The notes under the pieces: model-generated | What the model was told of the DNA's origin: nothing | The model's input: only the letters and a program-made list of their open reading frames with translations | The model's database searches: none | Shown here: positions 11,201 through 21,900 of the stretch, piece after piece | How the letters are laid out: every line of letters starts with the position of its first letter | Numbering within the stretch: position 1 is the stretch's first letter | Origin: Eledone cirrhosa | Lineage: Eukaryota | Assembly: GCA_964016885.1 (NCBI GenBank) | Contig: OZ024744.1 | Coordinates: forward strand, 99,386,001 to 99,450,000 | Length of the DNA stretch: 64,000 nt | Direction of reading: 5' to 3' | Position numbers and translations under genes: made by a program

Positions 11201-14200
11201 GGAAGCTGTAGGAGAGGTAGACCAAGGAAGACCTGGGTAGAGGAAATACCAGTGGAAGGAAGCTGCAGTAGAGGTAGACCAAGGAAGGCCTGGGTAGAGG
11301 AAATACCAGTGGAAGGAAGCTGTAGTAGAGGTAGACCAAGGAAGACCTGGGTAGAGGAAATGTCAGTGGAAGGAAGCTGTAGTAGAGGTATACCAAGGAA
11401 GACCTGGGCAGAGGAAATGTCAGTGGAAGGAAGCTGTAGGAGAGGTAGACCAAGGAAGACCTGGGTAGAGGAAATACCAGTGGAAAGAAGCTGTAGTAGA
11501 GGTAGACCAAGGATGACCTGGGCAGAGGAAATGTCAGTGGAAGGAAGCTGTAGTAGAGGTATACCAAGGAAGACTTGGGTAGAGGAAATGTCAGTGGAAG
11601 GAAGCTGTGGTAGAGGTAGAAAAAGGAAGACCTGGGCAGAGGAAATACCAGTGGAAGGAAGCTGCAGTAAGGTAGACCAAGGAAGACCTGGGTAGAGGAA
11701 ATATCACTGGAAGGAAGCTGTAGTAGAGGTAGACCAAGGAAGACTTGGGCAGAGGAAATGTCAGTGGAAGGAAGCTGTAGTAGAGGTAGACCAAGGAAGA
11801 CCTGGGTAGAGGAAATGTCAGTGGAAGGAAGCTGCAGTAGAGGTAGACCAAGGAAGACCTGGGCAGAGGAAATGTCAGTGGAAGGAAGCTGTAGTAGAGG
11901 TAGACCAAGGAAGACCTGGGTAGAGGAAATGTCAGTGGAAGGAAGCCGCAGTAGAGGTAGACCAAGGAAGACCTGGGTAGAGGAAATGTCAGTGGAAGGA
12001 AGCTGTAGTAGAGGTAGACCAAGGAAGACCTGGGTAGAGGAAATGTCAGTGGAAGGAAGCTGTAGTAGAGGTAGACCAAGGAAGACCTGGGCAGAGGAAA
12101 TGTCAGTGGAAGGAAGCTGTAGTAGAGGTAGACCAAGGAAGACCTGGGTAGAGGAAATACCAGTGGAAGGAAGCTGTAGTAGAGGTAAACCAAGGAAGAC
12201 CTAGGCAGAGGAAATGCCAGTGGAAGGAAGCTGTAGTAGAGGTAGACCAAGGAAGACCTAGGCAGAGGAAATGCCAGTGGAAGGAAGCCGCAGTAGAGGT
12301 AGACCAAGGAAGACCTGGGTAGAGGAAATGCCAGTGGAAGGAAGCTGTAGTAGAGGTAGACCAAGGAAGACCTAGGCAGAGGAAATGCCAGTGGAAGGAA
12401 GCTGTAGTAGAGGTAGACCAAGGAAGACCTAGGCAGAGGAAATGCCAGTGGAAGGAAGCTGTAGTAGAGGTAGACCAAGGAAGACCTGGGTAGAGGAAAT
12501 ACCAGTGGAAGGAAGCAGTAGAGGTAGACCAAGGAAGACCTGGGTAGAGGAAATACCAGTGGAAGGAAGCAGTAGAGGTAGACCAAGGAAGACCTGGGTA
12601 GAGGAAATGTCAGTGGAAGGAAGCTGTAGTAGAGGTAGACCAAGGAAGACCTGGACAGAGGAAATGTCAGTGGAAGGAAGCTGCAGTAGAGGTAGACCAA
12701 GGAAGACCTGGGCAGAGGAAATGTCAGTGGAAGGAAGCTGTAGTAGAGGTAGACCAAGGAAGACCTGGGCAGAGGAAATGTCAGTGGAAGGAAGCTGCAG
12801 TAGAGGTAGACCAAGGAAGACCTGGGCAGAGGAAATGTCAGTGGAAGGAAGCTGTAGTAGAGGTAGACCAAGGAAGATCTGGGTAGAGGAAATGTCAGTG
12901 GTAGGAAGCTGTAGTAGAGGTAGACCAAGGAAGACCTGGGCAGAGGAAATGTCAGTGGAAGGAAGCCGCAGTAGAGGTAGACCAAGGAAGACCTGGGCAG
13001 AGGAAATGTCAGTGGAAGGAAGCTGCAGTAGAGGTAGACCAAGGAAGACCTGGGCAGAGGAAATGTCAGTGGAAGGAAGCTGTAGTAGAGGTAGACCAAG
13101 GAAGACCTGGGCAGAGAAAATGTCAGTGGAAGGAAGCCGCAGTAGAGGTAGACCAAGGAAGACCTGGGCAGAGGAAATGTCAGTGGAAGGAAGCCGCAGT
13201 AGAGGTAGACCAAGGAAGACCTGGGCAGAGGAAATGTCAGTGGAAGGAAGCCGCAGTAGAGGTAGACCAAGGAGAAACTGGGCAGAGGAAATGTCAGTGG
13301 AAGGAAGCTGTAGTAGAGGTAGACCAAGGAATACCTGGGTAGAGGAAATGTCAGTGGAAGGAAGCTGTAGTAGAGGTAGACCAAGGCAGACCTGGGCAGA
13401 GGAAATGCCAGTGGATGGAAGCTGTAGTAGAGGTAGACCAAGGAAGACCTGGACAGAGGAAATGCCAGTGGAAGGAAGCTGTAGTAGAGGTAGACCAACG
13501 AAGACCTGGGTAGAGGAAATGTCAGTGGAAGGAAGCCACAGTGAGGTAGACCAAGGAAGACCTGGGCAGAGGAAATGTCAGTGGAAGGAAGCTGTAGTAG
13601 AGGTAGACCAAGGAAGACCTGGGTAGAGGAAATACCAGTGGAAGGAAGCTGTAGTAGAGGTAGACCAAGGAAGACCTAGGCAGAGGAAATGCCAGTGGAA
13701 GGAAGCTGTAGTAGAGGTAGACCAAGGAAGACCTGGGTAGAGGAAATGTCAGTGGAAGGAAGCTGTAGTAGAGGTAGACCAAGGAAGACCTGGGTAGAGG
13801 AAATACCAGTGGAAGGAAGCAGTAGAGGTAGACCAAGGAAGACCTGGGTAGAGGAAATGTCAGTGGAAGGAAGCTGTAGTAGAGGTAGACCAAGGAAGAC
13901 CTGGGCAGAGGAAATACCAGTGGAAGGAAGCTGTAGTAGAGGTAGACCAAGGAAGACCTGGGTAGAGGAAATGCCAGTGGAAGGAAGCCACAGTAGAGGT
14001 AGACCAAGGAAGACCTGGGCAGAGGAAATGTCAGTGGAAGGAAGCTGTAGTAGAGGTAGACCAAGGAAGACCTGGGTAGAGGAAATGTCAGTGCAAGGAA
14101 GCTGTAGTAGAGGTAGACCAAGGAAGACCTGGGTAGAGGAAATACCAGTGGAAGGAAGCAGTAGAGGTAGACCAAGGAAGACCTGGGTAGAGGAAATGTC

Positions 14201-17200
14201 AGTGGAAGGAAGCTGCAGTAGAGGTAGACCAAGGAAGACCTGGGCAGAGGAAATGCCAGTGGAAGGAAGCTGCAGTAGAGGTAGACCAAGGAAGACCTGG
14301 GCAGAGGAAATGTCAGTGGAAGGAAGCTGTAGTAGAGGTAGACCAAGGAAGACCTGGGCAGAGGAAATGTCAGTGGAAGGAAGCTGTAGTAGAGGTATAC
14401 CAAGGAAGACCTGGGCAGAGGAAATGTCAGTGGAAGGAAGCTGTAGGAGAGGTAGACCAAGGAAGACCTGGGTAGAGGAAATACCAGTGGAAGGAAGCTG
14501 CAGTAGAGGTAGACCAAGGAAGGCCTGGGTAGAGGAAATACCAGTGGAAGGAAGCTGTAGTAGAGGTAGACCAAGGAAGACCTGGGTAGAGGAAATGTCA
14601 GTGGAAGGAAGCTGTAGTAGAGGTATACCAAGGAAGACCTGGGCAGAGGAAATGTCAGTGGAAGGAAGCTGTAGGAGAGGTAGACCAAGGAAGACCTGGG
14701 TAGAGGAAATACCAGTGGAAGGAAGCTGCAGTAGAGGTAGACCAAGGAAGGCCTGGGTAGAGGAAATACCAGTGGAAGGAAGCTGTAGTAGAGGTAGACC
14801 AAGGAAGACCTGGACAGAGGAAATGCCAGTGGAAGGAAGCTGTAGTAGAGGTAGACCAAGGAAGACCTGGGTAGAGGAAATACCAGTGGAAAGAAGCTGT
14901 AGTAGAGGTAGACCAAGGATGACCTGGGCAGAGGAAATGTCAGTGGAAGGAAGCTGTAGTAGAGGTAGACCAAGGAAGACCTGGGTAGAGGAAATGTCAG
15001 TGCAAGGAAGCTGTAGTAGAGGTAGACCAAGGAAGACCTGGGTAGAGGAAATACCAGTGGAAGGAAGCAGTAGAGGTAGACCAAGGAAGACCTGGGTAGA
15101 GGAAATGTCAGTGGAAGGAAGCTGCAGTAGAGGTAGACCAAGGAAGACCTGGGCAGAGGAAATGCCAGTGGAAGGAAGCTGCAGTAGAGGTAGACCAAGG
15201 AAGACCTGGGCAGAGGAAATGTCAGTGGAAGGAAGCTGTAGTAGAGGTAGACCAAGGAAGACCTGGGCAGAGGAAATGTCAGTGGAAGGAAGCTGTAGTA
15301 GAGGTATACCAAGGAAGACCTGGGCAGAGGAAATGTCAGTGGAAGGAAGCTGTAGGAGAGGTAGACCAAGGAAGACCTGGGTAGAGGAAATACCAGTGGA
15401 AGGAAGCTGCAGTAGAGGTAGACCAAGGAAGGCCTGGGTAGAGGAAATACCAGTGGAAGGAAGCTGTAGTAGAGGTAGACCAAGGAAGACCTGGGTAGAG
15501 GAAATGTCAGTGGAAGGAAGCTGTAGTAGAGGTATACCAAGGAAGACCTGGGCAGAGGAAATGTCAGTGGAAGGAAGCTGTAGGAGAGGTAGACCAAGGA
15601 AGACCTGGGTAGAGGAAATACCAGTGGAAGGAAGCTGCAGTAGAGGTAGACCAAGGAAGGCCTGGGTAGAGGAAATACCAGTGGAAGGAAGCTGTAGTAG
15701 AGGTAGACCAAGGAAGACCTGGACAGAGGAAATGCCAGTGGAAGGAAGCTGTAGTAGAGGTAGACCAAGGAAGACCTGGGTAGAGGAAATACCAGTGGAA
15801 AGAAGCTGTAGTAGAGGTAGACCAAGGATGACCTGGGCAGAGGAAATGTCAGTGGAAGGAAGCTGTAGTAGAGGTATACCAAGGAAGACTTGGGTAGAGG
15901 AAATGTCAGTGGAAGGAAGCTGTGGTAGAGGTAGAAAAAGGAAGACCTGGGCAGAGGAAATACCAGTGGAAGGAAGCTGCAGTAAGGTAGACCAAGGAAG
16001 ACCTGGGTAGAGGAAATGTCACTGGAAGGAAGCTGTAGTAGAGGTAGACCAAGGAAGACTTGGGCAGAGGAAATGTCAGTGGAAGGAAGCTGTAGTAGAG
16101 GTAGACCAAGGAAGACCTGGGTAGAGGAAATGTCAGTGGAAGGAAGCTGCAGTAGAGGTAGACCAAGGAAGACCTGGGCAGAGGAAATGTCAGTGGAAGG
16201 AAGCTGTAGTAGAGGTAGACCAAGGAAGACCTGGGTAGAGGAAATGTCAGTGGAAGGAAGCCGCAGTAGAGGTAGACCAAGGAAGACCTGGGTAGAGGAA
16301 ATATCACTGGAAGGAAGCTGTAGTAGAGGTAGACCAAGGAAGACCTGGGCAGAGGAAATACCAGTGGAAGGAAGCCGCAGTAGAGGTAGACTAAGAAAGA
16401 CCTGGGTAGAGGAAATGTCAGTGGAAGGAAGCTGCAGTAGATTTAGACCAAGGAAGACCTAGGCAGAGGAAATGTCAGTGGAAGGGAGCCACAGTAGAGG
16501 TAGATCAACGAGGACCTGGTCAGAGGAAATGTCAGTGGAAGGAAGCTGCAGTAGAGATAGACCAAGGATGACCTGGGCAGAGGAAATGTCAGTGGAAGGA
16601 AGCTGTAGTAGAGGTAGACCAACGAAGACTTGGGTAGAGAAAATGTCAGTGGAAGGAAGCTGTAATAGAGGTAGACAAAGGAAGACCTGGGCAGAGGAAA
16701 TGTCAGTGGAAGGAAGCTGTAGTAGAGATAGACCAAGGAAGACCTGGGTAGAGAAAATGTCAGTGGAAGGAAGTTGTAATAGAGGTAGACCAAGGAAGAC
16801 CTGGGCAGAGGAAATGTCAGTGGAAGGAAGCTGTAGTAGAGGTAGACCAAGGAAGACCTGGGTAGAGGAAATGTCAGTGGAAGGAAGCTGTAGTAGAGGT
16901 AGACCAAGGAAGACTTGGGTAGAGGAAATGTCAGTGGAAGGAAGCTGTAGTAGAGATAGACCAAGGATGACTTGGGCAGAGGAAATGTCAGTGGAAGGAA
17001 GCCGCAGTAGAGGTAGACCAAGGAAGACCTGGGTAGAGGAAATGTCAGTGGAAGGAAGCTGCAGTAGAGGTAGACCAAGGAGACCTGGGCAGAGGAAATG
17101 TCAGTGGAAGGAAGCTGTAGTAGAGGTGGACCAAGGAGACCTGGGCAGAGGAAATGTCAGTGGTAGGAAGCTGTAGTAGAGGTAGACCAAGGTAGACCTG

Positions 17201-17745
17201 GGTAGAGGAAATGTCAGTGGTAGGAAGCTGTAGTAGAGGTGGACCAAGGAGACCTGGGCAGAGGAAATGTCAGTGGTAGGAAGCTGTAGTAGAGGTGGAC
17301 CAAGGAGACCTGGGCAGAGGAAATGTCAGTGGAAGGAAGCTGTAGTAGAGGTAGACCAAGGAAGACCTGGGCAGAGGAAATGCCAGTGGAAGGAAGCTGT
17401 AGTAGTGGTAGACCAAGGAAGACCTGGGCAGAGGTGGTGAGAGCTGATCATAAATCATTGAGACTCACAGGAGATGATGAAGGAACGTAGTGAGTGTGCA
17501 AGAGAGAAGACTGTATTGGTATGGACATATGATGTACATGGACGATGATCACTGGGTGAAGAAGTGGCAGGAAATTCTAGTGGAAGGAAGCTGCAATAGA
17601 GGAAGACCAAGGAGGACCTTCGTGGAGGTGGTGAGACTCACAGAGGACATGATGAAGGAATGTGGTGAGTGGAGTACTGAGCCAATCTGTTGATGACCCA
17701 TTCAGTCCTTGCTAGCAGGGAAAGCGGGTAATAAGGATGATGGTT
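8212..17745 (+). mobile_element. Tandem triplet of an RTE LINE 3'-end fragment; the middle copy carries the 57-bp expansion
   Basis: Copy 1 ~8212-8407 (VQERRLCWYRHVMYMDDGCWMKKCQEIPVEGSHRRGRPRKTRVDVVRADLK), copy 2 ~8408-17491, copy 3 ~17492-17690 (VQERRLYWYGHMMYMDDDHWVKKWQEILVEGSCNRGRPRRTFVEVV), then a 3'UTR-like tail ending in GATGATG. Confidence 0.85.
8461..17434 (+). repeat. 57-bp minisatellite, ~157 copies, LINE-derived, with higher-order duplications
   Basis: Unit aggaaatgtcagtggaaggaagctgtagtagaggtagaccaaggaagacctgggtag (period 8461 to 8518); occasional 54-, 55- and 56-bp variants. Confidence 0.98.
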
Positions 17746-17935
17746 GTGGTGGTAGCAGTAATGATGGATGATGATGAAGGTTAGGGACTTCTGATCGTTA
17801 ACGTAGTCTTGGAGGGGTGGGGTAGGATGTAGGGAAAGACAGGCAAACATTTACTTTGGAGACTATTTGATTCCAAATCTCAATTAAAAAAGAATACACC
17901 AAAATATGGCTGATGGAAACACAAGAGATGGGTGA

Positions 17936-18620
17936 GTCAGGGGTGTCTGAGGGGTAGTAATACAGGACTAGGACTAGGACTAGACAGTATTGAGGAGCAG
18001 AGGCCACAGTAGTAGATGTAGAAGTGGTAGAGAGAGGAGACACAGCATATCTGTGGGTAAGAGATTGTAGTGTGTCAGGGGTGTCTGAGGGGTAGTAATA
18101 CAGGACTAGGACTAGGACTAGACAGTAGGAGGAGCAGAGGCCACAGTAGTAGATGTAGAAGAGATAGAGAGAGGAGTCACAGCATATCTGTGGGTAGGAG
18201 ATTGTAGTGTGTCAGGGGTGTCTGAGGGGTAGTAATACAGGACTAGGACTAGGACTAGACAGTAGGAGGAGCAGAGGCCACAGTAGTAGGTGTAGAAGTG
18301 GTAGAGAGAGGAGACACAGCATATCTGTGGGTAAGAGATTGTAGTGTGTCAGGGGTGTCTGAGGGGTAGTAATACAGGACAAGGACTAGGACTAGACAGT
18401 AGGAGGAGCAGAGGCCACAGTAGTAGATGTAGAAGAGATAGAGAGAGGAGACACAGCATATCTGTGGGTAAGAGATTGTAGTGTGTCAGGGGTGTCTGAG
18501 GGGTAGTAATACAGGACAAGGACTAGGACTAGACAGTAGGAGGAGCAGAGGCCACAGTAGTAGATGTAGAAGAGATAGAGAGAGGAGGCACAGCATATCT
18601 GTGGGTAAGAGATTGTAGTG
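17936..18620 (+). repeat. 137-bp tandem repeat, 5 copies
   Basis: Units start at 17936, 18074, 18211, 18348 and 18485; each contains (GGACTA)3 or a one-base variant. Confidence 0.97.
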
Positions 18621-18849
18621 CATTATGTCAATCAATCAATCATTCAATAAGAAAACCTTTCTTTTGGATGAAGCCTTGATGTCTGTTTATGTAGCTTCAT
18701 CTCTATCTTTGACAAGATGTAATTCCACTCTTGTTATTTTGTTTCGAGGAAAAGCTGACAAACGTGATGTTCCATGTTCGGGGGTAACAACAGAAGAAAT
18801 GAATACTTCTGTTTGTCTGGATTAAAGTTTTATTATTTCATCAAGAGTG

Positions 18850-18910
18850 GTCATTTGTCAGTATCGGTAGAGCATCAGACAACATGCTTTGTGTCATATA
18901 GTTATGTTTT
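18850..18910 (+). mobile_element. SINE 5' head (A-box part only) abutting the 85-bp satellite
   Basis: ttgtcagtatcggtagag (18855-18872) is the exact reverse complement of 2504-2521; similarity continues (catgcttt...tagtta.gt) up to the first satellite unit; no B box. Confidence 0.7.
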
Positions 18911-21900
18911 GTTAATGTGGTTTCATGTGGTACAGGATGTTAAGAGTTAATGTGATACTGTCATAGTACTGTTTTGTACTTTTCAAGAATGTCTTGTTAA
19001 TGTGGTTTCATGTGGTACAGGATGTTAACAGTTAATGTGATACAGTCATAGTACTGTTTTGTACTTTTCAACAATGTCTTGTTAATGTGGTTTCATGTGG
19101 TACAGGATGTTAAGAGTTAATGTGGTACAGTCATAGTACTGTTTTGTACTTTTCAACAGTGTCTTGTTAATGTGATTTCATGTGGTACAGGATGTTAACA
19201 GTTAATGTGATACAGTCATAGTACTGTTTTGTACTTTTCAACAATGTCTTGTTAATGTGGTTTCATGTGGTACAGGATGTTAAGAGTTAATGTGATACAG
19301 TCATAGTAGTGTTTTGTACTTTTCTAGTATGTCTTGTTAATGTGGTTTCATGTGGTACAAGATGTTAACAGTTAATGTGATACAGTTATAGTACTGTTTT
19401 GTAGTTTTCAACAGTGTCTTGTTAATGTGGTTTCATGTGGTACAGGATGTTAAGAGTTAATGTGATACAGTCATGGTACTGTTTTGTACTTTTCAACAGT
19501 GTCTTGTTAATGTGGTTTCATGTGGTACAGGATGTTAAGAGTTAATGTGATACAGTCATAATACTGTTTTGTAGTTTTCAACAATATCTTGTTAATGTGG
19601 TTTCATGTGGTACAGGATGTTAAGAGTTAATGTGATACAGTCATAGTACTGTTTTGTACTTTTCAACAATGTCTTGTTATTGTGATTTCATGTGGTACAG
19701 GATGTTAAGAGTTAATGTGATACAGTCATAGTAGTGTTTTGTACTTTTCTAGTATGTCTTGTTAATGTGGTTTCATGTGGTACAGTATGGTAAGAGTTAA
19801 TGTGATACAGTCATAGTACTGTTTTGTACTCATCAACAATGTCTTGTGAATGTGGTTTCATGTGGTACAGGATGTTAAGAGTTAATGTGATACAGTCATA
19901 ATACTGTTTTGTACTTTTCCACAATGTCTTGTTAATCTGGTTTCATGTCGTACAGGATGTTAAGAGTTAATGTGATACAGTCATAGTACTGTCTTGTACT
20001 TTTCAAGAATGTCTTGCTAATGTGGTTTCATGTGGTACAGGATGTTAACAGCTAATGTGATACAGTCATAGTACTGTGTTGTACTTTTCAACAGTGTCTT
20101 GTTAATGTGGTTTCATGTGGTACAGGATGTTAAGAGTTAATGTGATACAGTCATAGTAATGTTTTGTACTTTTCAACAATGTCTTGTTAATGTGGTTTCA
20201 TGTGGTACAGGATGTTAACAGCTAATGTGATACAGTCATAGTACTGTTTTGTACTTTTCAACAATGTCTTTTTAATGTGGTTTCATGTGGTACAGGATGT
20301 TAACAGTTAATGTGATACAGTCATAGTACTGTTTTGTACTTTTCAACAATGTCTTGTTATTGTGGTTTCATGTGGTACAGGATGTTAACAGTTAATGTGA
20401 TACAGTCATAGTACTGTTTTGTACTTTTCAACAATGTCTTGTTAATGTGGTTTCATGTGGTACAGGATGCTAAGAGTTAATGTGATACAGTCATAGTAGT
20501 GTTTTGTACTTTTCAACAATGTCTTGTTAATGTGGTTTAATGTGGTACAGGATGTTAAGAGTTAATGTGATACAGTCATAGTACTGTTTTGTACTTTTCA
20601 ACAATGTCTTGTTAATGTGGTTTCATGTGGTACAGGATGCTAAGAGTTAATGTGATACAGTCATAGTAGTGTTTTGTACTTTTCAACAATGTCTTGTTAA
20701 TGTGGTTTAATGTGGTACAGGATGTTAAGAGTTAATGTGACACAGTCATAGTACTGTTTTGTACTTTTCAACAGTGTCTTGTTAATGTGGTTTCATGTGG
20801 TACAGGATGTTAATAGGTAATGTGATACAGTCATAGTACTGTTTTGTACTTTTCAACAGTGTCTTGTTATTGTGGTTTCATGTGGTACTGGATGTTAACA
20901 GTTAATGTGATACAGTCATAGTACTGTTTTGTACTTTTCAACAATGTCTTGTTATTGTGGTTTCATGTGGTACAGGATGTTAAGAGTTAATGTGATACAG
21001 TCATAGTACTGTTTTGTAATTTTCAACAATGTCTTGTTAATTTGGTTTCATGTGGTACAGGATGTTATGAGTTAATGTGATACAGTCATAGTACTGTTTT
21101 GTACTTTTCAAGAATGTCTTGCTAATGTGGTTTCATGTGGTACAGGATGTTAACAGTTAATGTGATACAGTCATAGTACTGTTTTGTACTTTTCAACAAT
21201 GTCTTGTTAATGTGGTTTCATGTGATACAGGATGTTAACAGTTAATGTGATACAGTCATAGTACTGTTTTGTACTTTTCAACAATGTCTTGTTAATGTGG
21301 TTTCATGTGGTACAGGATGTTAAGTGTTAATGTGATACAGTCATAGTACTGTTTTGTACTTTTCAAGAATGTCTTGCTAATGTGGTTTCATGTGGTACAG
21401 GATGTTAAGAGTTAATGTGATACAGTGATAATACTGTTTTGTAGTTTTCAACAATATCTTGTTAATGTGGTTTCATGTGGTACAGGATGTTAAGAGTTAA
21501 TGTGATACAGTCATAGTACTGTTTTGTACTTTTCAACAATGTCTTGTTAATGTGGTTTCATGTGGTACAGGATGTTAAGAATAAATGTGATACAGTCATA
21601 GTACTGTTTTGTACTTTTCAAGAACGTCTTGTTAATGTGGTTTCATGTGGTACAGGATGTTAAGAGTTAATGTGATACAGTCATAATACTGTTTTGTACT
21701 TTTCAACAATGTCTTGTTAATGTGGTTTCATGTGGTACAGGATGCTAACAGTTAATGTGATATAGTCATAGTAGTGTTTTGTACTTTTCAAGTATGTCTT
21801 GTTAATGTGGTTATATGTGGTACAGGATGTTAACAGTTAATGTGATACAGTCATAGTACTGTTTCATACTTTTCAACAATGTCTTGTTAACGTGGTTTCA

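Noticed and set aside
8188-17078. Long minus-strand ORFs (up to 786 aa, LVYLYYSFLPLTFPLPRSS repeats)
   Set aside because: They are the antisense reading of a 57-bp unit that happens to lack stops in that frame; no independent sign of coding.
18625-18825. 66-aa ORF or exon between the arrays
   Set aside because: No recognisable motif; the candidate minus-strand exon has stops in all three frames.
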